Below, piece by piece: positions 26,401 through 35,864 of a DNA stretch of 64,000 bases. Each line of letters begins with the position of its first letter. Within the stretch, counting starts at the first letter, position 1. A program made the position numbers and the translations under genes. This DNA is from Mageeibacillus sp. UBA5438 (GTDB taxonomy: Bacteria > Bacillota > Clostridia > Saccharofermentanales > DTU023): assembly GCA_002427535.1 (NCBI GenBank), contig DIRK01000058.1:811-64810 (forward strand), written 5' to 3'. The notes beneath the pieces were generated by a model. It did no database searches. It was given only the letters and a program-made list of their open reading frames with translations, and was not told the origin of the DNA.

Positions 26401-27126
26401 TTATTCGGAGTCCTTTACCTCAAATTTGTAGCCAACGCTCCACACGGTTTTGATCTGCCATAAAGGATGCGCGATGACGTCGAGTTTTTCGCGAATCCTT
26501 TTAATGTGGACATCCACCGTGCGTTGCTCTCCAAAATAATCCATCCCCCAGATATGTTCAAGAATCTGGTCGCGCGTAAACACACGATTGGGATGCGAGG
26601 TCAAGAAAAATAACAGTTCCAGTTCCTTGGGCGGCATATCAATTTCACGATCGCCCACACGCACTGAATAGCGGATGCGGTCCACCGTAAGATCGGGGTA
26701 GCTGACAATATCCTTTTGTTTCTCTTCAGTGAGATTCGCGCTCGGCGTCGCGGACTGCGATCGACGCAATACCGCTTTCACGCGGGCCAGTAATTCTTTG
26801 GGTTCAAAGGGCTTCAACACATAGTCATCGGCGCCCAGCTCCAGCCCGATAATTTTGTCAAGCGTATCGCTTCGCGCGGTGAGCATCAGGACAGGCACGT
26901 CCGACACACGCCTTAACTCGCGCATCACATCGAAGCCGCTCAGACCCGGGAGCATCAGGTCAAGAATAATGACATCCGGCTCCATCGCGCGCACCATCGG
27001 CATGACCGCGTCTCCTGTAAAACAGGAACTGACTTCAAAGCCGTCTTTTTCAAAATAGAGTTTTAATAATTCACTGATATGTTTATCGTCATCGACAATC
27101 AACACACGCTTCGTATCATCCATCAT
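26401..27126 (-). CDS. OmpR/PhoB-family response regulator
   Basis: Receiver domain (VIILDLMLPG, LMLTAR). Winged-helix output domain (..VHIKRIREKL..VWSVGYKF). Confidence 0.92.
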   Translation of the reverse strand: MMDDTKRVLIVDDDKHISELLKLYFEKDGFEVSSCFTGDAVMPMVRAMEPDVIILDLMLPGLSGFDVMRELRRVSDVPVLMLTARSDTLDKIIGLELGADDYVLKPFEPKELLARVKAVLRRSQSATPSANLTEEKQKDIVSYPDLTVDRIRYSVRVGDREIDMPPKELELLFFLTSHPNRVFTRDQILEHIWGMDYFGEQRTVDVHIKRIREKLDVIAHPLWQIKTVWSVGYKFEVKDSE

Positions 27127-27608
27127 GGGCCCTCCGTCTTAGCCGGGGCATCGCCTTCATCTTGCAGGAGATTTGAGATTTCTTCAATAAACGAACGGAT
27201 ATCGCGAAAAGCGCGGTAGACCGAGGCAAATCGAATATAGGCGACCTCATCGATCCCGCGGAGTTCTTTTAGCACCAGCTCGCCGATATCCGAGGAGGAG
27301 ATCTCCCGCTTCAGGGCATTGCCGGCCGCCCTTTCCACCTCATCGATCAAGTCTTCCACCTGCCGTGTGGTCACAGGGCGCTTTTCACAGCTCTTCATAA
27401 TGCCGATCAGTAATTTTTGTCGATCGAAGGCTTGGCGACTGCCATCCTTCTTAATCACCATCAGGGGCATGTCTTCAATTTTTTCGTAGGTCGTAAAACG
27501 CGTTCCGCAGGTGAGGCATTCACGGCGCCGACGAATCGAACTGCCGTCATCGGAAGGACGTGAATCCACGACGCGGTCGTCATTACTTTCACAATTAGGA
27601 CATTTCAT
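27123..27608 (-). CDS. nrdR: transcriptional repressor NrdR
   Basis: MKCPNC..CLTCGTRFTTYE zinc ribbon plus ATP-cone. Overlaps the response-regulator start by 4 nt. Confidence 0.92.
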   Translation of the reverse strand: MKCPNCESNDDRVVDSRPSDDGSSIRRRRECLTCGTRFTTYEKIEDMPLMVIKKDGSRQAFDRQKLLIGIMKSCEKRPVTTRQVEDLIDEVERAAGNALKREISSSDIGELVLKELRGIDEVAYIRFASVYRAFRDIRSFIEEISNLLQDEGDAPAKTEGP

Positions 27609-27727
27609 ACAGCTTGAGCCTCTCCTTTCACGGTATTATCAAGATGGCAAGGCCGGATGAATCATCCGGCCGCATTTCCAGTTTCGATTGGACCGCTAAT
27701 TTTGACGAACGCACCGTCAAGGCACGA

Positions 27728-29098
27728 TCAGGAGCGGTCCATATCGTCATCTTGCAAGAACCAAGGAAGCACGCGGCCGTCCTGGCGTCCGGAGCGCGGG
27801 CGCTGGGGCGCTTCACGCTTAGTCTCCTCATGCGGTGCCTCATCCAGCACACGGGGCGCGGTGACATTTTGCCTTGCGGCATTTTCGGTCGCGCGGTCGA
27901 TCATGTCGGCCATCATCTGGTCGGTCTGGCGCTGGCTTGTACGGGTGAAGCCCGTCGCGCGCTGACCGTCCGAAGAAGCGCGCGCGCTGCTGGGCGGTCT
28001 TAAGAATTCAGGCAAATCATCGATCGTTGATCTCGCGCCTGTTTGTGTCTGGCGCTGAGGAATACTAAAAGAAGGAGCCGTCGACTGGGCCTGCCCGTGA
28101 CGCAGGGTCCGGGCCTGGACACTGTCTGTCCCAAAGCGACTGGCGATAATTGTGATGATCAAATCATCTTGCATGTTTTCATCGATCACGGCGCCGAAAA
28201 TAATGTCAGCGTCAGGTGACACCGCCTCACGCACCTGGGAAGCGGCCTCATTGACTTCCTTGATCTTCATGTCGTGGCCACCGGTGAAGTTGATGATGAT
28301 GCTGTTCGCGCCGTCAATGGTCGTCTCAAGCAAGGGACTGGTCATCGCCTGTTTTACAGCCGTGGCCGCACGGCTCTCACCGTTGCCGCGCCCGATGCCC
28401 ATATGGCACACGCCGGCATTTGTCATCACACGCCTCACGTCCGCCAAGTCAAGGTTAATCAAACCGGGGACGGCCACAAGATCCGAGATACTCGACACGC
28501 CGTACTGAAGGACGCGGTCGGCCAAACTGAAGGCCTCGTCGATGGTCGTATCGTCACTTGCGATTTCAAGGAGTTTGTCGTTGGGCACGACAATCAGTGA
28601 ATCCACATACTGTTGGAGTTCACGCACGCCCTTTTCAGCGTTTTGGCGGCGTCTTGTGCCTTCAAAGCGAAAGGGTGTCGTTACGACACCTACGGTTAGA
28701 ATTCCGAGTTTTTCAGCGACCTGAGCTACAATCGGTGCGGCTCCCGTTCCGGTCCCGCCCCCCATGCCGGCCGTAATGAACAGCATGTCAGAGCCTTCGA
28801 TGGCTTTGGAAATCTCTTCAATGTTTTCCTCCGCCGCCTTTTGGCCCAGCTCCGGTTGAGCGCCCGCTCCGAGGCCGCGAGTTATTTTCTCGCCAATCTG
28901 GATGGCCTCGCTCGCCTTCGTATTCTGGAGCGATTGATGATCCGTGTTAATGGCGATGAACTCGATGCCCTGCACACCTCCGTCAATCATCCGATTAACC
29001 GCGTTGCAGCCGCCGCCTCCGACGCCGATCACACGGATCGTGGCGTAAACGCCGCCACTCATCCCAATATCAAATGAATAGTCAGTCACTTCTCGCAA
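27728..29098 (-). CDS. ftsZ: cell division protein FtsZ with extended C-terminal tail
   Basis: [12 protein letters not shown] and [10 protein letters not shown] tubulin signature. Start uncertain (TTG 29098, GTG 29089 or ATG 29062). Tail contains [11 protein letters not shown] followed by 87 more residues. Confidence 0.92.
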   Translation of the reverse strand: MREVTDYSFDIGMSGGVYATIRVIGVGGGGCNAVNRMIDGGVQGIEFIAINTDHQSLQNTKASEAIQIGEKITRGLGAGAQPELGQKAAEENIEEISKAIEGSDMLFITAGMGGGTGTGAAPIVAQVAEKLGILTVGVVTTPFRFEGTRRRQNAEKGVRELQQYVDSLIVVPNDKLLEIASDDTTIDEAFSLADRVLQYGVSSISDLVAVPGLINLDLADVRRVMTNAGVCHMGIGRGNGESRAATAVKQAMTSPLLETTIDGANSIIINFTGGHDMKIKEVNEAASQVREAVSPDADIIFGAVIDENMQDDLIITIIASRFGTDSVQARTLRHGQAQSTAPSFSIPQRQTQTGARSTIDDLPEFLRPPSSARASSDGQRATGFTRTSQRQTDQMMADMIDRATENAARQNVTAPRVLDEAPHEETKREAPQRPRSGRQDGRVLPWFLQDDDMDRS

Positions 29099-29322
29099 CT
29101 CCTTTCGCTCTTTCCCCGAAGCATTGCCGTTTCAACGGTTGTCATAACAAGCTTACAACCTCTGCGGACCATCATCGTCAAGCTCAATGCCGATTCGTAT
29201 CAGCATGTTTTCACTATTTTATCTTAACTGGGATTGACAAGCAAGCAATGATTGGCAAAAGCTTTGATTCTCTATGCTTTTAACTGTCGTATAGACGCCT
29301 TAACAAGTATATGAAAATCTAA

Positions 29323-29724
29323 TTACTCTGAAATAGTCTCCGTTTTGTCGGCCATAGACGCCTGTTTTTCTTCCTTACCCAGGCTTCCTTTTTCTTTCCT
29401 GCGCAGGTAAAACTTACGCGTCGTGAAGTTGATATTCCTGAAGATGCGATAGGCGAAGATGAAGGAGACGACCATTGAAAAGTCATACTTCATCTGATTG
29501 CCCAAAGCTGTCATAAGGACGGCAATCAAGGCATTTACAAAAAACTCAATGAGAAATTTTTCCGCTTCAAAAGTTGCCTCCGACACCGCGTTCCACGCCG
29601 CCGTTAAAGACTCGATCCCCACAAGGGTCAGCACCGCCAAAAAAGGCACAAGACTTGCGGGCAGGAGGACATTGACAAACAAGCCGATCAGAAGTCCTAC
29701 GAGTAAGCCAATTAAGATGAGCAT
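29323..29724 (-). CDS. sbp: small basic protein Sbp (DUF1290-like)
   Basis: 133 aa membrane protein between divIB and ftsZ, as in Bacillus ylxX/sbp. Basic C-terminus. Confidence 0.6.
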   Translation of the reverse strand: MLILIGLLVGLLIGLFVNVLLPASLVPFLAVLTLVGIESLTAAWNAVSEATFEAEKFLIEFFVNALIAVLMTALGNQMKYDFSMVVSFIFAYRIFRNINFTTRKFYLRRKEKGSLGKEEKQASMADKTETISE

Positions 29725-29784
29725 GGATCCATCCTCCCGTCTATTTTAAAAAGGACATGACGTCCTGTCTGCTAAATAATGCGC

Positions 29785-30720
29785 TCAGGCGGTATCCGGC
29801 CTAAAATACGCCGTCTCCCCGCTTAAGTCGAGTTCACCCGCGACCCCTTCAGGGATCTCCCCGCTTTGAATCAGGTAGCTTAGAAGTTGCAATTTCTCTT
29901 GTAATAACCTGTTGTCCTCCAGTTTAACACGAATCTCCCCACCCTGCGGAAGCGGAATAAACAGGTAGAAGGACTTAAGTCCGATCTGCCGGATCTGACG
30001 TACAAGCCCCATGAGGTGGCGATTATCCGGCGTCAATTGATCGTGCCGTATGAGCTCTGCGGTGAGGCGCGCGGCTGACATCAATTCCAGGTGATCCTCG
30101 ACATCGAGCACTTCAAAAGGGATGACCTCACTCAAGACAGAGATACCCTCTAATACGGGGAGATCAAAGTCGATCGTTTCGGCGACTCTGAGCACAATAT
30201 GATCGCGGTCAATTAAAGCAAATCCGCCCGACACCCGCACCGCCAAAATTTCGACACGCTCATCCACTCGGATGGCGATCGTCGAAGGGAATCGAAATTT
30301 CACCGTCACGTCACGAATGAGCGGGAAACGTTCCAAGATCTCCTGTTCAAGCGTTCCGTAGCGAAGCGAGAAGTATTGCTTAGGGCCCGGCCCGATGTCA
30401 AAGATGAAGTGGCGATCCAAAAGGCCTCGGGCCATCGCGCTGACATCCTCGGAATTCGTCAATCGCGTACCTTCAACCTTGATACTTTCAATCGTGAACT
30501 GGGGTAAAAGGGCGATGAGCGTCATCAGGATTAAAATCACCGCGATGACGGTAAGGACGCGTAGAGGCCAGCCTTTAAGTGCCTTTTTTCGCTTCTCTTT
30601 CGCCCTTTTGCGGCGGCTCGACGCTGTAAAAGGAGACGGTTGAAAAATCCCGGGATAGGGATCACCCGCCGCGGTGGATCTCTTTTTTGCCCGGCCTTTA
30701 TGTGGGCTTGATCGTTTCAT
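29785..30720 (-). CDS. divIB: cell division protein DivIB/FtsQ
   Basis: Basic N-terminus, single TM, POTRA-like FTIESIKVEGTRLTNSEDV. Position between murG and ftsZ. Confidence 0.8.
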   Translation of the reverse strand: MKRSSPHKGRAKKRSTAAGDPYPGIFQPSPFTASSRRKRAKEKRKKALKGWPLRVLTVIAVILILMTLIALLPQFTIESIKVEGTRLTNSEDVSAMARGLLDRHFIFDIGPGPKQYFSLRYGTLEQEILERFPLIRDVTVKFRFPSTIAIRVDERVEILAVRVSGGFALIDRDHIVLRVAETIDFDLPVLEGISVLSEVIPFEVLDVEDHLELMSAARLTAELIRHDQLTPDNRHLMGLVRQIRQIGLKSFYLFIPLPQGGEIRVKLEDNRLLQEKLQLLSYLIQSGEIPEGVAGELDLSGETAYFRPDTA

Positions 30721-31852
30721 GTGCTTCGATCACCGCCATCACTTCACCCGCAATCGCCTCGGCCGCAAGCGGCGTTGACCAATGGCGGGCACTTTCACCC
30801 ATGCTTTGCAGACGTTTTGGACTTTCGACCATCTCCTCTATCGTTAAAAGCAAGACACGGCTGTTGAAATCCTGATCCGCGTAGGTAATGGACGCCCCCG
30901 CCTCTTTCATGGCACGAGCATTTTCTGTCTGATGGTCGTCCGCGGCAAAGGGAAAGGGCACAAGAATAGAAGGCTTGCCCTGGGAAGCAATCTCCGCGCA
31001 GGTCATGGCACCGGCTCGTCCGACAAATAAATCGCAGGCGGCAATCCAATGGGGCGCGTCTTTTAAAAATGATTCCGCGCGCACAATGCCTCGGACCGCT
31101 TGGAGGTCAGAAAGGGCCGATTCCGTGCTCTGAACGCCGGTACTGATCGCGATCCGTAGCTGCGGATAGCGCTCCAATAAGGCGGACCACTGGCCTTCTT
31201 CGTCGAGGCGCGAGACCGCCGTGTTCAATGTTCTTGAGCCTAAGCTTCCGCCCATGACAAGGATGAGAAAAACATCCTCTGAAAGATTCAGCGCTTCGCG
31301 TGCTTTTGAGCGATCGAGTTCATAAAAAATGGAGCGCACGGGGTTGCCGCTGAAGCTAAGATTCACCTTGTCCGAAAAATACGCCCGGCTCGATTCATAG
31401 CTGATAAACACCGTATGGGCTTTTTTCGCAAACAGGCGGTTGGTCCTGCCGGGCACCGAGTTTTGCTCATGGAGGACATAGGGAATTTTCAAATATCGCG
31501 CGGCGGCAATAAGCGGCGCCGACACAAAACCGCCCGTCCCGATAACGACACAGGGGCGCTCTTTTTTTAACAGCGAAAGGCTCATCCGGAGGCCGCGCAG
31601 ATTTCTTACCATCCAGCTCCAATAGCGCCGATCTTGTTTTGAGGGCATATTTTGAGCGGAGATGGGCTGAAATTCATAGCCTTCACCCTCCACCATCGTC
31701 TGTTCCAGATTGCCCGGAACACCGCAAAAGACGAGCCGATAATCAGGCAGGCGTTGAGCGATTTTATCCGCAATGGAAAGCGCGGGATAAATATGCCCGC
31801 TCGTGCCGCCGGCTGCAATGACAATAGTCTGGCAAGTCTTTGTTCGTCTCAT
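30698..31852 (-). CDS. murG: UDP-GlcNAc:lipid I GlcNAc transferase MurG
   Basis: AAGGTSGHIYPALSIA N-terminal motif. GT28 C-terminal domain (GRAGAMTCAEI). Confidence 0.92.
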   Translation of the reverse strand: MRRTKTCQTIVIAAGGTSGHIYPALSIADKIAQRLPDYRLVFCGVPGNLEQTMVEGEGYEFQPISAQNMPSKQDRRYWSWMVRNLRGLRMSLSLLKKERPCVVIGTGGFVSAPLIAAARYLKIPYVLHEQNSVPGRTNRLFAKKAHTVFISYESSRAYFSDKVNLSFSGNPVRSIFYELDRSKAREALNLSEDVFLILVMGGSLGSRTLNTAVSRLDEEGQWSALLERYPQLRIAISTGVQSTESALSDLQAVRGIVRAESFLKDAPHWIAACDLFVGRAGAMTCAEIASQGKPSILVPFPFAADDHQTENARAMKEAGASITYADQDFNSRVLLLTIEEMVESPKRLQSMGESARHWSTPLAAEAIAGEVMAVIEAHETIKPT

Positions 31853-31897
31853 CTTGATTATCCAGGTAAGGGCCCATGGCGGACCGATCGTAATACC

Positions 31898-33325
31898 TTA
31901 TACAGCGTAACCCATCTCATCGTCTTCCTCAACCGTTTGACGGGGCTTCTTCCCGCCTCGTGAACGGGCATCCTGCTTCATGATCACGCGGGCAATATCG
32001 GGCTCTACGCGGCAGCATGACTTAGACACGCAAAGGACAAGTCCCGCGCTCACCGCGAAAAACAAGTTGGCCGTGCCCCCGTAGCTGAAAAAGGGCAATG
32101 AGATCCCCGTGGTGGGAATAAGGCTTGTCGCCACCGCCATGTTGAGAAAGGCCTGAAGCGCGATCAGGATGGTGTTTCCGGCCGCGACCAGCATCCCCAT
32201 ATGCGTGGCGGCCTGCCGGGCCACCATGATGCCTGTCGCAAGGAAGGCAAGGAAAAGGAGCACGACGGCACTGACACCGACAAAACCCAATTCTTCGCCG
32301 ATAATCGGCAATATGAAGTCGTTATGCGCCTCTGACAGCCAGTTTAATTTCTGCACACTTCGACCAATCCCGCGCCCTGTCAGTCCCCCTGAGCCGAGCG
32401 CCAGTTCCGCCTGTTCAATTTGCATCCTGTCATCTTCGTTGGCCGCGTCGCGGTCTTGGAAGGTGTCAACGCGCTTGAACACGTGCGCAAAGCGATTGGC
32501 CACAAATTCGGTCGGCGATTTTTTCGCGATAAGCTGGTAGCCGGCCCCGAAGATGATCGCCACGACAAGGAAAACGACCACGAGTTGCGTCGTACCCAAA
32601 AAGCGCGATTTCATTGGAATGTCAGCCATCACAAAGACAATCACACTGATGAGAAAAATAATGAGTGCGCCCGATAGATGCGGCTGTATCAGGGTCAGAA
32701 TGACCCAAAGCCCCATCAAGATGACGGGCCAGGTCACATCCAGAAAGGCTTGTTTTGACGCGGAGGGCGCATTTTTTTGGCCCCTTGCTTCAATTGCAAC
32801 GCGCTTTCTTCTGCGAGAGGCAAGGTAACCCGCAAGGAAAAAGACGGCTCCCACTTTCGCCAGTTCTGAGGGCTGGAAACCAACGGTACCGATGTAGATC
32901 CACCGCCTCGCCCCGTTGACGACCACGCCGCCAAACTGGCAATAAAGGAGGCTCGCGGTGATAACCAGATAAAGAAAAGCGCGATACACAGGACGCGTCA
33001 GCCGTCTGAAATGGACCAGGGCGCCTAAGGCCACCGCTCCGATCGTACCGACCAAGGTGATCCGAGCCTGCTTTCGGGCCATGGCGGAGGCATCCGCCTC
33101 AACAATGGCGCGAACAGGGGCACTGTCAATTGCAACGCCGCTTTTAATCAGTTCAGTCCTGATCTTCGCCGTGGATTGGATATAACTGATCCCGTAACTC
33201 GCGCTGAACATCATGAGGAGGCCAAAGCTCACTAACACGAGCCATACGACAAGGAAGGCAAGCGACATATGCCGGTGCGATTTTTGCAGCCGACTCTTCG
33301 TAATCGCCTGTGTGTCCTTGCCCAT
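31898..33325 (-). CDS. ftsW: SEDS family peptidoglycan polymerase FtsW/SpoVE
   Basis: Polytopic SEDS protein (..FQPSELAKV.., ..SYGGTANLF..). Start MGKDTQ at 33325 lies 5 nt after the mraY stop. Confidence 0.85.
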   Translation of the reverse strand: MGKDTQAITKSRLQKSHRHMSLAFLVVWLVLVSFGLLMMFSASYGISYIQSTAKIRTELIKSGVAIDSAPVRAIVEADASAMARKQARITLVGTIGAVALGALVHFRRLTRPVYRAFLYLVITASLLYCQFGGVVVNGARRWIYIGTVGFQPSELAKVGAVFFLAGYLASRRRKRVAIEARGQKNAPSASKQAFLDVTWPVILMGLWVILTLIQPHLSGALIIFLISVIVFVMADIPMKSRFLGTTQLVVVFLVVAIIFGAGYQLIAKKSPTEFVANRFAHVFKRVDTFQDRDAANEDDRMQIEQAELALGSGGLTGRGIGRSVQKLNWLSEAHNDFILPIIGEELGFVGVSAVVLLFLAFLATGIMVARQAATHMGMLVAAGNTILIALQAFLNMAVATSLIPTTGISLPFFSYGGTANLFFAVSAGLVLCVSKSCCRVEPDIARVIMKQDARSRGGKKPRQTVEEDDEMGYAV

Positions 33326-33330
33326 GTCCT

Positions 33331-34356
33331 CTACCTTCCAAAAAGCGGTCCGGACATCAGCATGAAGCCGAGACCGGCGCATAATAAGCCCACCAGGCTG
33401 AACACGCGGACGACCTTGGTCTCATGCCAGCCGACCAGTTCAAAATGGTGGTGAATGGGCGACATGCGAAAAATACGTTTCCCGCCGGTTGATTTGAAAT
33501 AAATCACCTGCAAGACGACCGAAAATCCTTCAAAGAAAAAGATAAATCCCGTAATCACCGCCAGGTAAGGCACGCCGATCACCACGGTGAGTAGCGTAAA
33601 TCCGATCCCTAAAGCCTGTGAACCCGTGTCTCCCATGAAAATGCGGGCAGGATAGCGGTTAAAAAACAAAAATGCAAGACAACCGCTCGCCATCACAGCG
33701 GAAAGCATCAGGGACGCGGGCGCGCTTGTGAGTGAGGCGGCGAGCGTGCTCACCACGGCAAACAGCCCCAGGGACGCAATCGCCATCAGGCTGGCTAAAA
33801 GGCCGTCCAGTCCGTCCGTGATGTTGACGGAATTGCTCATATAGAAGAGAAAGGGCACTAAAAAAGCGAAATACAAGAATTTCCATCCGCCCGTGATGAT
33901 CAGTTTCTGCGCGCCAAAGGGCAGCAAAATAAAGGGCTCCGTCGGCGCAAGCCACAGATAGTAAAGGGCGGCAACGGCAGAGAAGAACCCTAAAAGTAAG
34001 GTCTTATGCCTCACACTCATCCCTTTTTTTGACACGCGCACCTTGATCCAGTCATCGGCAAAACCCACCGCCCCGAAGATCACCATGAAGACGACAATCA
34101 TCGATAAGGGCAGAAGGTAGCGGCGGATAAAGGGCGCAACGATGCCTAAAAAGGCAATGGGGAGTATAAAAAACAACCCCCCGAAGGTCGGCGTCCCCGA
34201 CTTTTTCAAATGCGTTTTAGGACCATTTTCTCGGATCGGTTGACTGGCAAATTTTCTGGAAATAACAGGTAACCCGATCAGCCCGACAATCATGGTGCCG
34301 ATGAACACCGCCACCGCGGCGATTAAGGCCAGCATCATGGGACGAAGCGGAAACAT
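33331..34356 (-). CDS. mraY: phospho-N-acetylmuramoyl-pentapeptide transferase MraY
   Basis: KSGTPTFGG, NITDGLDGL, HHHFE motifs. Confidence 0.93.
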   Translation of the reverse strand: MFPLRPMMLALIAAVAVFIGTMIVGLIGLPVISRKFASQPIRENGPKTHLKKSGTPTFGGLFFILPIAFLGIVAPFIRRYLLPLSMIVVFMVIFGAVGFADDWIKVRVSKKGMSVRHKTLLLGFFSAVAALYYLWLAPTEPFILLPFGAQKLIITGGWKFLYFAFLVPFLFYMSNSVNITDGLDGLLASLMAIASLGLFAVVSTLAASLTSAPASLMLSAVMASGCLAFLFFNRYPARIFMGDTGSQALGIGFTLLTVVIGVPYLAVITGFIFFFEGFSVVLQVIYFKSTGGKRIFRMSPIHHHFELVGWHETKVVRVFSLVGLLCAGLGFMLMSGPLFGR

Positions 34357-35849
34357 CAGATACGACCCTTCTTATGATGCTCTAACAGGGCCTCTTTCAC
34401 CTTTTCGAGTTCATAAAAACGGGAGGCTTTGAGTAGCATAAAATCACCGGGTAAAAGTTGTTTCAATATCTCAGGAATCGCTTTTTCACAGGTAGGGTAC
34501 CAGCCTGCCAGGATAGACGCGCCCTCTTCGCTTTGGAGCAGGTAGTCGCGCGTTGTCTTTGTTTCCTCGCCGACTAAGAAGACAAGTTCCACACCCGCGT
34601 TCAAAAGTCCGACCGCTGCGTCTTCGTGCGCTTCCACAGAGTAGCGTCCCAGTTCACGTAAGCCTCCGATGACCGCGACAAAACGCCTGTTGTTTTCTGA
34701 CAACAGCGAAGCGGACTCGAGCGCCGAATGGAGTGATTCCGGCGAGGCGTTATAGGCGTCGTCCATGACATCAACAGGACCGATCGCGGCAAGCTCCTGA
34801 CGGCTGTCCGCGGGCTTGTAACGGCTGGCGCTTGTTGCGGCCACCTGCATGTTGAGCCCCATCGCGTACACCACCGCAAGACCGAACATGACCGCGGGCA
34901 CAAGGTGCAAGCCGGGCACGCTCAAAAAGATAGGCCAGCGCTCGTCAGGGGTCAGGTTAGAGCGGCCGATAAAGGAGAGCCCGTCACGATCCATGCGGAC
35001 ATGCTCCGCCCAAAAAACGGGCACCCCGTCGCGTTCGAGCCGGCCGACGTTTTGCTCGCTTGCGATAAACCACACGGGCACGGTTGGCTGTTCACGCAGC
35101 ATCCAGCTTTCAAGCATCGGGTCGTCCCCGTTGACAATGAGCAATCCATTGTCTTTCATGCCTGAAATAATGGAGGTTTTTTCATCGAGAATATCACTCA
35201 TCGAACCGAGGTATTCAGCGTGCGACATGCCGATCTGCGTAATGACGGCGATGTCAGGCCTGGCCACCTCGGATAACAGTGCGATTTCGCCCCGGCGCGC
35301 CATCCCCAGTTCCGCGACAAGGGCCTGGGTGTCAAGCTCTGTTGTGAGAATGGTCTTTGGGAGGCCGATCTGATTATTGTAATTTCTGGCCGACTGCTCG
35401 GCTTTCAACTGAGATTCAATCATCTGGTAGATCATGCGGCGCGTGGTAGTTTTACCCACACTGCCCGTCACACCGATAATATTGGCAGAAAGCGTGGTAC
35501 GAAAACCGCGCGCAATGTCCCGGTAGGCTTTCCCGGTATCCTGCACCACCAGAACGTCGGGAGCTGATTCATCTTTTTCGATCTTTTTGAGCCACTGTGA
35601 AAGTTTCTTGGCATGCGCTTCAATCACCAGCATGGCGGCTCCCTTTTGGGCGGCAGCCTCTAAAAAATCATGGCCGTCAAAATGATCGCCGACCAAGGGC
35701 ACAAACACTTCTCCTTCAAGAATTGAGCGCGTGTCGGTCGATACGGAGGAATAAAAGCGCTCGGGATCCGCCGCGTGGCGCTTGGTCTGGTAGAGTTCGC
35801 CCTCGGTCCAAATTTTCAATTGCATCGGCAAAATTCGTGTCATATCCAA
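34356..35849 (-). CDS. murF: UDP-MurNAc-tripeptide--D-Ala-D-Ala ligase MurF
   Basis: MurF-type N-terminus (VFVPLVGDHFDGHDFLEAAAQKGA). Mur ligase P-loop GVTGSVGKTTT. The listed first codon is TTG; an ATG lies at 35843. Confidence 0.88.
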   Translation of the reverse strand: MDMTRILPMQLKIWTEGELYQTKRHAADPERFYSSVSTDTRSILEGEVFVPLVGDHFDGHDFLEAAAQKGAAMLVIEAHAKKLSQWLKKIEKDESAPDVLVVQDTGKAYRDIARGFRTTLSANIIGVTGSVGKTTTRRMIYQMIESQLKAEQSARNYNNQIGLPKTILTTELDTQALVAELGMARRGEIALLSEVARPDIAVITQIGMSHAEYLGSMSDILDEKTSIISGMKDNGLLIVNGDDPMLESWMLREQPTVPVWFIASEQNVGRLERDGVPVFWAEHVRMDRDGLSFIGRSNLTPDERWPIFLSVPGLHLVPAVMFGLAVVYAMGLNMQVAATSASRYKPADSRQELAAIGPVDVMDDAYNASPESLHSALESASLLSENNRRFVAVIGGLRELGRYSVEAHEDAAVGLLNAGVELVFLVGEETKTTRDYLLQSEEGASILAGWYPTCEKAIPEILKQLLPGDFMLLKASRFYELEKVKEALLEHHKKGRI

Positions 35850-35864
35850 TTATCTTTCCTGCAT

